Source: Verrucomicrobiales bacterium
GTDB taxonomy: Bacteria; Verrucomicrobiota; Verrucomicrobiia; Limisphaerales; F1-12-MAGs170
Reading direction: 5' to 3'
Length of the DNA: 58,500 nt
NCBI GenBank assembly: GCA_005777315.1
Contig: SXMN01000094.1
Coordinates: 1-58,500, forward strand
Shown here in pieces: positions 28,331-38,200 of this stretch (positions are counted from its first letter, which is position 1; the number at the start of each line of letters is the position of its first letter). A program made the translations under genes and the position numbers. The notes below the pieces were generated by a model. That model saw nothing but the letters and a program-made list of their open reading frames with translations, ran no database searches and was not told the DNA's origin.

Positions 28331-29614
28331 TCACTTTTGGTAAATGACTTCTTTGACCACATCACAGAACGCGCCGTCTTCAGCATCGTCGGCATGCTCG
28401 ACAATATAGGTAGGCTTTCCGTTTGTGAATTTGGCGGTTCCGCAGAATGCGAAGCTGGCTCTGATTGATTTCATCGTCACGAGTTCGGAAAAACCTGGTT
28501 GCCGAATGCGTAGATCACGCGTGGCAAGCAATTCCGTCATCCGCATTTCCACATGTTGGCCCCACGCGTCGGTAGTGTGAGACTTTTGATCCATGTCTTT
28601 CAATCCTACTGCGATTGCGTAAGGCTCCACTCCATGCATCCTTCCGACCCGATGATAGTATTCGCAACGGCCAGTAAATTTCTCGTCCAATAAGCACTTC
28701 AAAAAGACTTCGGTGACTTCCGTCTGATACGCGTCAACTCGAGTCGTCAGCTCGAAACACAATGCGTAACCATACTGCTCATTTGTCATTCGCTTCGGGC
28801 ACAAGGTCCATCCCTCGTCGTCGTCAGGCTCGTCCCACTCTTCCAATTCGTCTATGAATGATGGATCAAACTTCTCCCGAACCAGCCGAGCCATAATGGT
28901 TCCGTAACGTTGGAGGTAGTAATGCCACGCAACAGAGTGTTTGCTTCTTACTTCCGGGTCACGATCCTGCGCCATTGTCATGTACATCTTCTCCAAGATT
29001 TTAATCTCTCGTTTCAGCAGCAGAGCATCTGAGCCAGGAATTCGATCGAAATCCACATGAGGAACACCCTCCCAACTCAATTCGGCTAATTGGGAAATCT
29101 GAGGTGCCAACAAGACAAACTGGAGGTCTTGACTGTGGAAGACGGTTTCAAACGTTGAGTTCAGAGATAAGAGACGGGAATCCAAGAAAGTGCCAACCGA
29201 CTTGATCTGCTTTTCGCGACGATACACCTCAATCAAACCAGCACCGTAGAAGCAAGACGATTTGCCCAACTCGAAATGCTCGAATTCCCCTTGCGTAATC
29301 ACCGCTCGAAAGAATACGTCGATTGCTGAAAGGCGGTAAAACAAGTCCTGGCAGAACTCGCACAAGAACATGACAATGAATCCTTGGTTTTCCCCATCAA
29401 GTTGGCATGCGTTGTACACGACAATCGTATCCGAGAATACGATCGTTCGGAAGTCGCCGTGCTTCTGCATATTCGCAGTCGCAACAATGTGGTAGAGGGC
29501 CGGAATGACTTCTGGCCTTTTCCGAACCAGGGCAGAGAATCCCAAAATGTCGATGTAGAGCAGATATTTGGAATGGCTTTGAACTCTGTGCTTTGGCAAT
29601 TTGACTTCACTCAT
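28331..29614 (-). CDS. Class III nucleotide cyclase-like protein with unknown C-terminal domain
   Basis: YLLYIDILGFS, IVFSDTIVV, FRAVITQG and YGAGLIEVYRRE occur in the order and spacing of the adenylate/guanylate cyclase fold; ORF is solid, function inferred. Confidence 0.65.
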   Translation of the reverse strand: MSEVKLPKHRVQSHSKYLLYIDILGFSALVRKRPEVIPALYHIVATANMQKHGDFRTIVFSDTIVVYNACQLDGENQGFIVMFLCEFCQDLFYRLSAIDVFFRAVITQGEFEHFELGKSSCFYGAGLIEVYRREKQIKSVGTFLDSRLLSLNSTFETVFHSQDLQFVLLAPQISQLAELSWEGVPHVDFDRIPGSDALLLKREIKILEKMYMTMAQDRDPEVRSKHSVAWHYYLQRYGTIMARLVREKFDPSFIDELEEWDEPDDDEGWTLCPKRMTNEQYGYALCFELTTRVDAYQTEVTEVFLKCLLDEKFTGRCEYYHRVGRMHGVEPYAIAVGLKDMDQKSHTTDAWGQHVEMRMTELLATRDLRIRQPGFSELVTMKSIRASFAFCGTAKFTNGKPTYIVEHADDAEDGAFCDVVKEVIYQK

Positions 29615-29689
29615 GGTGACGGGCTTACACAACCCAAAGTCGGCGAGCAAGTCTATGGGGGCTCGTGAACTCTTTCATTTTCCGCCAGC

Positions 29690-30361
29690 ATGAACCCGCG
29701 CGACGATTCTGCGATCATTCGGCACCCGACAGGTGGGGTCGCCAAAGTCAAACAGGGCACAAAGCGAATCTTGTCCGATCTGGTCAGGGATATTCTCTCG
29801 ATTGCGCAGGAAAAATCTCAGACTCAAAGTCTGCCGGCAACTTCATCACATACCGACGCTGATTTGGAAAGCTGGTACTGGAAGGGAGAGGCACACTACT
29901 ATGGCACCGGTGTGCCAAAAGATTACGTTGAAGCTGTGAAGTGCTACCGCAACGCAGCGGAACGGGGGCATGCGCACGCGCAGTTCAGGTTGGGGGTGTG
30001 CTATTCAGGAGGTGAAGGCGTTCTGCAGGATCACGCACAAGCCGTCAACTGGTATCGCAAGGCAGCAGAGCAAGGTTACGCCGACGCTCAGAACAACTTG
30101 GGCCACTGCTACTACGACGGGTGCGACGGTGTTCCCGTAGATAAGGAAGAAGGCCTGCGATGGCTAAGCAAATCGGCCGAGAATGGTTGTGTACTAGCTT
30201 GTATCACATTGGACACTTTTTGGAAATCGGGCCTAATCGATTCAAAAGATCATGAAAAAGTTTTGCATTGGCTCCGTAGAGCAATCGAGAAGGGAGATTC
30301 AATCGCTGTTGCCTTTTATCCGGAATTAAAAGCAAACCTTTCAGAGCTGCCACCCAAATGA
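29690..30361 (+). CDS. Sel1-like repeat protein
   Basis: Three clear SLRs (GTGVPKDYVEAVKCYRNAAERGHAHAQFRLG; GVLQDHAQAVNWYRKAAEQGYADAQNNLG; GVPVDKEEGLRWLSKSAENG). Confidence 0.92.
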   Translation: MNPRDDSAIIRHPTGGVAKVKQGTKRILSDLVRDILSIAQEKSQTQSLPATSSHTDADLESWYWKGEAHYYGTGVPKDYVEAVKCYRNAAERGHAHAQFRLGVCYSGGEGVLQDHAQAVNWYRKAAEQGYADAQNNLGHCYYDGCDGVPVDKEEGLRWLSKSAENGCVLACITLDTFWKSGLIDSKDHEKVLHWLRRAIEKGDSIAVAFYPELKANLSELPPK

Positions 30362-32013
30362 ACAAAGCGAGCTGGATTCTTTTGGACACGGAAACGACCG
30401 GGTTCTCCGCGCCGATTTTCGTCGTTGAGTTGTGCGCACAACGGATGCGCGGCTGGCAGCCTGACGGCGAACCATTCCGCAAGTTGCTGAATCAAAATCA
30501 GGAGATTCCCGCCGAGGCTTCGCGCGTTCACGGTTACACGCGTGAAATTCTGGAGCGCGACGGCGAACCGGCGCATCAGGTTTATCGGGAGTTTGCCGAA
30601 TACGCGGGCGGGCTGCCGCTCGTCTCGTTCAATCTCGAATATGACCTGGACGAAGTGTTGCAGCCGGAGTGGAAGCGGCTGGGCATCGGCGCGATTGGCA
30701 GTCGCGGGTTTTGCGCCCTGCGGCTGGCGCAGCGGCTGCTCGATCCCGTGCCCGCTGGCAACTGCAAGCTGCAAACGCTGCGGCAGTATTATCGCCTGCC
30801 CGAACGCGGCGCGCACACGGCGCTGGGCGACGTGCAAACGGTCGCGGACTTGATGGCGCAGGTGCTTCGCCCGATTGCCGGGCATCGCGGGTTAGATACG
30901 TGGGAAAAGCTGGTCGCGTTTGCGGCGGAAGAATGGTTTCCGTCCCGCATCGCTTTCGGGAAGCACAAGGGACGGTTGATTCAAGAGGCCCGCAAGGACG
31001 CGGAGTTGCGCGGCTGGCTGGACTGGCTGGCCAAATCCGCCAACGCCCGCAACGCGAAGATGGGTCGCTGGTATTTGCGACAACTGGAAATGGCATCCGC
31101 GCCACCGGACACAACGGTGTTTGCCGCGCCGGAAATCGAGCGCGAATCCAAACGCGGCGTCGCAACGCAAACCGGCCACGTCGGGCTGGTCATTTACATC
31201 AATCCAGAGTTGGAGCAATTGCGGCAGTTGGTGGCGGGCGCACGGGCGCGGCTGGCGGAATTGGGAGTCAATTTCACGAAGGAGAAATCACGCGTGGATG
31301 TCATGCAGGCGGTGTTGTTCCGGCAATTGCGCGGGCATTATCAGCAGCGCGACCGGCTGCGGCTCATCGTGGACTACCGGCGGAAGTTTTTGGATTCGCT
31401 GGTGCGCGGCGGCGAGGAGGATGCGAAACAGGCGGAAGCGAATTACGAGCAGGCGAAATCGCAGACTGACAAGGATTACGAGGAGACGGCGGCAGCGGTG
31501 GCGGAGAAGAAACAACTCACCGCCGACGAGGAGGCGGAACTGTCGCGGCTGTGGAAGAAGCTGGTGAAGTTGTATCACCCCGACCGCTTCGCGCACGAGC
31601 CGGACAAGCTCGAGACGTATCACAAGCTGACCGCCGCCATCAACGAGGCGAAGGACGCGGGCGACATCCAGACGCTGCGGGAGATCGCGGAAGACCCGCA
31701 CGGTTTCATCCTGCGCCAGGGCTGGGCGACGCTCGATTTCAGCGACGCGGCGGAACTCGCGCAGTTGCGGCGTCTGCATGAGACGTTGCAACTGGAAATC
31801 ATCGCCGTGCTCGAAGCGCTGAATCGCCTGCGGGAAAGTCCCGATTACGAGCTTTGCCAGTTGAGCGAAAAGAAACCGGGCTTGCTGGATGAACTGGCGG
31901 CGAAAAGAAAGCAACTGCTGGAAAAGGAAAGCAGGGAGTTGGAGGAACAGGCGGACAAGCTGGCGGAGGAAATCAAGGAATTATCCGACGAGGAAACTTC
32001 GCGGATTCTTTAG
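30358..32013 (+). CDS. DEDDh 3'-5' exonuclease fused to coiled coil and J-domain
   Basis: LDTETTG, FNLEYD and AHTALGDV exonuclease motifs; IAFGKHKG motif; WKKLVKLYHPDRF J-domain HPD; ATGA overlap with the Sel1 gene. Confidence 0.9.
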   Translation: MNKASWILLDTETTGFSAPIFVVELCAQRMRGWQPDGEPFRKLLNQNQEIPAEASRVHGYTREILERDGEPAHQVYREFAEYAGGLPLVSFNLEYDLDEVLQPEWKRLGIGAIGSRGFCALRLAQRLLDPVPAGNCKLQTLRQYYRLPERGAHTALGDVQTVADLMAQVLRPIAGHRGLDTWEKLVAFAAEEWFPSRIAFGKHKGRLIQEARKDAELRGWLDWLAKSANARNAKMGRWYLRQLEMASAPPDTTVFAAPEIERESKRGVATQTGHVGLVIYINPELEQLRQLVAGARARLAELGVNFTKEKSRVDVMQAVLFRQLRGHYQQRDRLRLIVDYRRKFLDSLVRGGEEDAKQAEANYEQAKSQTDKDYEETAAAVAEKKQLTADEEAELSRLWKKLVKLYHPDRFAHEPDKLETYHKLTAAINEAKDAGDIQTLREIAEDPHGFILRQGWATLDFSDAAELAQLRRLHETLQLEIIAVLEALNRLRESPDYELCQLSEKKPGLLDELAAKRKQLLEKESRELEEQADKLAEEIKELSDEETSRIL

Positions 32014-32149
32014 CCGTAACGATTCGATAGGAGCGTAGAGTTCATTCCGCCGCAACGCGCGACCACTGCTAGAAACAAGGGCTGGAATTGAGAGTCTGCT
32101 GGCAACATGTGGCGTTGATCCGGACTGATAGCGTTACACATGGTTCAAA

Positions 32150-33301
32150 TCAGAGCAGTTCAACGGCCCTGCCCAGTTCTTCGTCCGTGTTGTAGAAGTG
32201 TGGTGAGAAACGGAGGTGCTGCTGGCCAGACCGATCAGCGCGGAGAGATGCCACGATTCCGGCCGCTTCCAGCTTTTGGTGAAGCGCGGCCATGTCCGTG
32301 CCGGCGCGGAAGAAAGTCATGATCCCGCTCGCATTGGCCGTCGGCGCGGACGATTGAAGCACCGTGTAACCCTTCGCCTCGATCAACGGCACCAGCATCG
32401 ACCGCTTGCGCAATAATTCGGTGGCGATGTTCTCGACTCCCACTTCCAGCAGTAATTCCATTGCAGCGTTGAGTCCCACCAAACCGAGGAGATTGTGACT
32501 GCCCGCTTCGTAACGCGCGCCACCAGGTCGAGTCTTCATCTCTTCCTGGGCGACGTACTGGGGACAATAAACGTTGTTCCAACCCCACACCATGGGTCTC
32601 AACTGATCTTGAACTTCCTCACGCACGTAGAGGATGCCCGCGCCACACGGTCCAAGCATCCACTTGTGAGAGTCCGCAGCCATGAAATCAAAATGCGCCG
32701 TGTTTGTCGGAAACGCCCCCACTGTCTGAATGCCATCCACGCAAAAGAGTATCCTTTTCTTGCGGAGGTACTCCCCGATTGCGGTCAGGTCGATCCGCCA
32801 TCCCGCGAGGAAATGGCAGGACGCCAGCGCCACCAGCCGGGTGTTTTCATCCACCTGTCCCATGATGTCCACATCACGGATGCGTCCCAGCTCGCGCACA
32901 TTCAAGAAACGAACCTGCACTCCGCGGTCCGCGAGCTTCATCCATGGATATACGTTGGAGGGATAATCGTCGAAATAGATCACCACATTTTCATTCCGCC
33001 GGAACTTCAAGCCTCCAGCCACCATGCTCAGTCCGAGCGATGTCGGTCCCACAAACGCGATCTCCGCCGGCTTCGCGCCGATCAATCGCGCGGCCCTCTC
33101 CCGCGACTGGCTCAGGCGCATCGCCGGCAGAAGCGTCTCCTGATCTCCCAGAGTGGAGAGCCTGGCGTAGTCGCAGACTGCCTCTGCCACCCGCCTTGGC
33201 ACAGGACAAACACCCGCGTGCGCCAGAAAGACTTTCTCTCGCGACACGGGAAACTCGTGTCGGCGCAATTCCTCGTTCGCGTGAAGTTCAGAAATGTTCA
33301 T
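32150..33301 (-). CDS. Class V aminotransferase / cysteine desulfurase-like PLP enzyme
   Basis: FCVDGIQTVG, DSHKWMLGPCGAG (PLP Lys), LRFSPHFYNT. Confidence 0.92.
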   Translation of the reverse strand: MNISELHANEELRRHEFPVSREKVFLAHAGVCPVPRRVAEAVCDYARLSTLGDQETLLPAMRLSQSRERAARLIGAKPAEIAFVGPTSLGLSMVAGGLKFRRNENVVIYFDDYPSNVYPWMKLADRGVQVRFLNVRELGRIRDVDIMGQVDENTRLVALASCHFLAGWRIDLTAIGEYLRKKRILFCVDGIQTVGAFPTNTAHFDFMAADSHKWMLGPCGAGILYVREEVQDQLRPMVWGWNNVYCPQYVAQEEMKTRPGGARYEAGSHNLLGLVGLNAAMELLLEVGVENIATELLRKRSMLVPLIEAKGYTVLQSSAPTANASGIMTFFRAGTDMAALHQKLEAAGIVASLRADRSGQQHLRFSPHFYNTDEELGRAVELL

Positions 33302-33318
33302 TCTATCGTGGTCTGGCT

Positions 33319-34323
33319 TCAAAAGTTCTTCATCATCTCGCCGTAGTAATTCGAGTAAAAGGACAGAACCTGGTAGGCGATCGCAAGCATGATACCGAAA
33401 TAAACGATTCTCGGCGTCCATTGCGCGACGATTTGAAGCTGGCGCGAGCCTTCATCGCGAAAATGTTTATAGAGCCTTCCGAGTGATTCCTCGAGTTTGC
33501 CGCTGACTTCGCCGCTCGAATACAGAGCAGTAAACATGTCGGGAAAAACGCCGCTCCGACGCACCGCTTCGGATGGTGTCATCCCCATGATCACATGGGC
33601 CTTCCAACTTGCGACGGATCGCATCAAGGCCGGCGAACCACTCGATGCCACCGCAAGATCCCAGGCTTCGACGATGGATACCCCGGCGCTGATTAATCCT
33701 TCGAGAGCAGCACTTAGCCGCGCCAGCGCGAGATTTCGCCGGGCACTGCCGAGGATTGGAACCCGACCGAGCAGCCATTCAATCCGGGCGCGCCAATGAA
33801 CGCCGTGGCGGCCCTGGGTCGCGTAAACCAGTGCGAACACCGCCGCGTAGATCGGTAGGAGTATCGCGAGCTTTGACACCAGAAAGGGGAAGATCTTCCC
33901 GTCAAAGATCAGCAGCTTCAGCATCACGGGAGGGAAGATAATGATGGCGAAGTGAAACACGAAAACGGGATAACCGAGATTCGAGATGATCACACGCGCC
34001 AGCCTGGCGCGTTCCTCGTAATGCTCGGACAAGAGACGCAGACAGCCGTCCAGCCGTCCGCTTTTCTCTCCAGCGGCCAGAAGAGCGAGATCGAACTCAG
34101 GCAACCATTTGCCTGTTGCGGCCGCGCCTTCGGAGAACGTGGAGCCCGCTTGAATGCGTGAGATAATCTGAAGAAGCTGAGGACGGACTGAGCGTGAATG
34201 TGCCGTCTGAGAAAGCATCTCCAGCGCTTGGAGCATCGGAAGGCCGGCGGCAATCGTCGAGCCGAGTTGGTGATACAACCCTGACCGCCGGCTTAGCTGG
34301 CCGGGCGTGACGATGAGCGCCAT
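33319..34323 (-). CDS. Type II secretion system F / PilC family protein
   Basis: Two T2SSF repeats (AGEKSGRLD; SGEVSGKLE), each followed by TM helices. Confidence 0.9.
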   Translation of the reverse strand: MALIVTPGQLSRRSGLYHQLGSTIAAGLPMLQALEMLSQTAHSRSVRPQLLQIISRIQAGSTFSEGAAATGKWLPEFDLALLAAGEKSGRLDGCLRLLSEHYEERARLARVIISNLGYPVFVFHFAIIIFPPVMLKLLIFDGKIFPFLVSKLAILLPIYAAVFALVYATQGRHGVHWRARIEWLLGRVPILGSARRNLALARLSAALEGLISAGVSIVEAWDLAVASSGSPALMRSVASWKAHVIMGMTPSEAVRRSGVFPDMFTALYSSGEVSGKLEESLGRLYKHFRDEGSRQLQIVAQWTPRIVYFGIMLAIAYQVLSFYSNYYGEMMKNF

Positions 34324-34344
34324 GTCTCACCCGCCCCACGCGGA

Positions 34345-34677
34345 TCAACCGACCGCTTTGTCGAGCATGGACTTCAGGTCACGCTTGCTCTTCGCCCCCA
34401 CGACCTGATCGATGACTTCGCCACCTTTGAAAATCAACAGGGTCGGAATGGCGCGGACGCGATATTTTGCGGCGAGTCCTTGGAATTCGTCGATGTTCAC
34501 TTTTCCAATTTTCGCCTTGGAATCGAACTCCGACGCCAGTTCATCAAGCACGGGCGCGATCATCTTGCAAGGCCCACACCATTCGGCCCAGAAATCCACC
34601 AGGACAGGGACCGGGGAATTCGCGACCTCCGCGCCAAAGTTAGCTTCGGTCAAAGTGACAATGTTAGTTGAGGACAT
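34345..34677 (-). CDS. trxA: Thioredoxin
   Basis: VDFWAEWCGPCKMIAP. Confidence 0.97.
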   Translation of the reverse strand: MSSTNIVTLTEANFGAEVANSPVPVLVDFWAEWCGPCKMIAPVLDELASEFDSKAKIGKVNIDEFQGLAAKYRVRAIPTLLIFKGGEVIDQVVGAKSKRDLKSMLDKAVG

Positions 34678-34737
34678 GAATTATCCTTTCGAAGGGAAAA
34701 TTTTTGAATCAATGACAACCAGTCCGAACTGTCGTAC

Positions 34738-35115
34738 TCAGGACTGTGTCAGCAAAAACAGCCGAACCACTGCTGCGATGCCAACCACCGCTGCCACGAG
34801 CGCAAGGACTGTATCGAGCGCGCTGACACGAGCGCCAGCCGGGGCTGGGCGGGGCGTTGGGCGGGCAGGAGCTGCGGGAGCCGCTGCCGCTGCCTTTGGT
34901 GAGGCTGAAGGCGCGTGACCAGCCGCGGCAGGAGCAGCGGGCGCTGGCGCTGCTGCCGCCATGGCGGCGGGCGCTGGAATCTTGATCGTCGGCGAGGCGG
35001 TGGGCTTCGGCGGCAAATTGATTCGAACGGTTTCCTTTTTAGGCTGCACTTTGGAGGCTTCGGCAGGCTTTGCAGCGGCGGCACCAGCGGGCGGATTTGG
35101 GTTCTCTTCGGACAT
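34738..35115 (-). CDS. Ala/Pro-rich protein with C-terminal membrane anchor
   Basis: KKETVRINLPPKP motif, low-complexity linker, terminal TM helix. Confidence 0.7.
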   Translation of the reverse strand: MSEENPNPPAGAAAAKPAEASKVQPKKETVRINLPPKPTASPTIKIPAPAAMAAAAPAPAAPAAAGHAPSASPKAAAAAPAAPARPTPRPAPAGARVSALDTVLALVAAVVGIAAVVRLFLLTQS

Positions 35116-35297
35116 ATGTGTTAAGTGGGGCGAACCTAGTTTTGCGACCGCAGAGTGTCAATCGCTTATTGAGGGTTCGCTCAACGACCCAACGGCAAAA
35201 ATGCAACGGTGAACCAGTTCAGCCCACGGGTCTTCTCTCAGTGATCCAAAGGTTTGCTTTGTAATATCTGGCGGCTGGATTTAACGATGATAATAAT

Positions 35298-38200
35298 ATG
35301 CGCCAAGTCATGAATGCGATTTCACTCAGAACCGCCGTGGTCCTGACCTGTGCGCTTTGGGCCGGCATCAGCATGGCGGCGGAGTCGCCGGATTTCTTGC
35401 GCGAGGTACGCCCAATACTCTCCTCTCATTGTTTCAAATGCCACGGCCCGGACGATGCCACGCGCAAGGGGGGCGTGCGCCTGGACATGCGCGAGCCTGC
35501 GCTCAAGTCCGGTAAATCAGGTGAGCCGGCAATCGTGCCTGGCAAGCCGGAGAAGAGCGAGGTGATCGCCCGCATTTTCACCGCGGACGAAGATGATTTG
35601 ATGCCACCCTCGAAAGTAAAGCATCCCCTCAGCCTCCAACAGAAGGACATTCTCAGGAGATGGATCGCCTCTGGCGCGGATTATCAACCACACTGGTCTT
35701 TTGTGGCGCCCAAGGCCGTGTACCCACCCGAAGTGCAAGATCCAGGCTTCGAAGTACGCAATCCCATCGACGCTTTCATCGCAGCGCGACTCAAGAGGGA
35801 CGGATTAACCACCTCTCCCGAGGCCAGCAAGCTGACCCTGGCCCGCCGACTGCATCTCGATCTGATCGGCCTCCCGGCCACACCGGAGGAAGCGGACGCG
35901 TTTGCGAAAGATGCGAGGCCAGATGCCTACGAACAGCTTGTGGCAAGCCTGCTGGCGTCGCCGCGTTATGGCGAGCGGTGGGCGCGCAAGTGGCTTGACC
36001 TCGCCCGCTACGCCGACACCAACGGCTATGAGAAGGATCGCAACCGCAGCATCTGGCCGTATCGCGACTGGGTCATCCGCGCATTGAATGCCGACATGCC
36101 ATTCGACCAGTTCACAGTCGAGCAGATCGCGGGCGATTTGCTGCCGAACCCCACGCGCGAACAAATTGTCGCCACTGGGTTTCATCGCAATACGATGCTC
36201 AACGAGGAGGGTGGGATCGATCCGTTGGAGTTCCGTTTTCACGCCGTGGTGGACCGCGTCAACACCACCGGCACGACATGGCTCGGCCTGACCGTGGGAT
36301 GCGCGCAGTGCCACACCCACAAATACGATCCCATTCTGCATAAGGATTACTACCAACTGATGGCGTTCCTGAATAACGCCGACGAGCCGGACCTTGATCT
36401 CCCGGCCGAGGACGCCAGAGAACAGCAACGGAGCCGAGAGGAACGCGCGACGAAACTTCTCTCGGAACTTTCCACGCGATGGCCGGTCGAGATGGAACCC
36501 TTCCACTGGGAACAAGTGACTCCAAAGATCGAGCGCCTGGAACAGGGTGAAGACGCCAGGCTGTTGGAGGATGGTTCCCTGCTCTTCATCGCTCCGGGAA
36601 TGGATCGTAGCGATGTGACGGTCAGTTTTATGGCGAAGCTGACCAACGTCACGCATCTCCGCCTCGATGCGTTGACTCACGATTCTCTGCCGGGCAAAGG
36701 CCCGGGCCGCGCGCCGCACGGAAATTTTGTCCTCTCGGAAATCACTGTAAGCCGGACGCTGCTCCACGGCTCTTCCGCAATGGAGCCCGTAATGATTCGC
36801 AGCGCGAAGGCCACCGCGGAACAAAAGGAGTTTCCAGTCGGCAACGCCTTTGACGGCAAATTGGAAACAGGATGGGCAGTCCACGAGGCTGGAAAAACCT
36901 TGAACGCGAATCACTCGGCCACGTTTCAGTTCGAAAAGCCCATGTCGCTGGATTCCGACACAAGAATCACCGTGCGTCTGCAGCAGCAACACGGAGGGAA
37001 TCACACCATCGGGCGGCTTGCGATCAGCGTTGGCGTACCGGTCAGTGACACGAGACCGGAACTCGCGCGCAGGCAGGAGGCTTTGGAAGCCGCGTACACG
37101 CAATGGTTGGAGCGTGAGCGGAAACGCGCGGTCACCTGGACCGTCCTACGACCCACGGGGCTGAAATCAAACCTTCCCCTGCTCTCCGTGCTGCCGGACA
37201 ATTCCGTGCTGGCCAGTGGAGACATCAGCAAGAGCGACGTTTACGATCTGGCCTTCACCAATCTGCCGGGCCGCGTCACCGCCATCCGCCTTGAAGCGCT
37301 GCCCGATGACAGCCTGCCGGCGCATGGTCCCGGCCTGGCGTATTACGAAGGGCCCAAGGGCGATTTCTTCATGGGTGAATTTCAAGCGGTGGCGGATGGC
37401 CGGCGGGTGAAGTTTGTGAAAGCCTCGGAGAGTCATGCCAAAAACAATTTCGGCAGCGGTGCCAGCGCCAAGGCAGCAACCGACGACGATCCGCAAACCG
37501 GATGGAGTTGCGCGGACCGCCCCGGTGAGATGCACCACGCCGTGTTCGTTGCAGACGAACCCATCGAAGCCACCCGTCTCGACGTCAAGATGCTGTTTGG
37601 ACGTCACTACGCCTGCTCATTGGGCCGATTCCGCATCTCCGTCACCAGCGCCGAACACGGTGCCGAGGCGGGAAAGATCCCAGAATCAGCCGAACGACTT
37701 TTGTTCGTGCCGGATGCCGGGCTCACGGATGAACAGCGTGCGGAGTTGCTCGAAAGCTTCCTGCTCAGTGCACCGGAGCTGGCGAAGCAGTCGAAGGAGA
37801 TCCGCGACCTGCGCAAACCTTCGGCTCACACCACGACACTGGTGATGCGTGAGCGTCCCGCCACGGCTCCACGTTCAACATTCATCCATAATCGCGGCGA
37901 ATTCCTCCAGCCAACAGACCGTGTTGAGGCCGATGTACCCCAATTCCTGCCGCGCCTGCCCGAGCATTCAAAGAAGGACCGCCTCGCGCTCGCGAAGTGG
38001 CTGGTTTCGCCGGAGAATCCACTGACCGCTCGCGTGGTGGTGAACCGGCATTGGGCCTCTTTCTTTGGCACAGGGATTGTGGGAACTCAGAACGATTTTG
38101 GATTCCAAGGCGAGCTTCCAAGCCATCCTGAGTTGCTCGACTGGCTGGCGGTTGAATTTGTAAAGCAAGGCTGGTCGATCAAGAAGCTGCACAGACTCAT

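Noticed and set aside
28331-29614. Calling the cyclase-like gene a Pycsar or CBASS system
   Set aside because: No adjacent cNMP-binding TM/TIR effector and no CD-NTase motifs recognised.
28167-32050. GGAG(T/C)G..GA.TTC motifs at 28167 and 32030 as boundaries of the three-gene block
   Set aside because: Similarity is short and weak; they may be REP-like remnants, but I cannot support them as element ends.
32016-32137. GTAACG...CGTTAC inverted pair after the DEDDh-J gene as an attC site
   Set aside because: Only 6 bp match, the boxes deviate from consensus and the interior is not convincingly complementary.
34800-34980. GC-rich repetitive tract
   Set aside because: Explained by the Ala/Pro-rich linker of the 34738-35115 protein.
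35805-37103. 432-aa minus-strand ORF (likewise 37968-38900, 41068-42108, 19016-19936, 32495-33346)
   Set aside because: All lie opposite well-supported genes and show no recognisable motifs.
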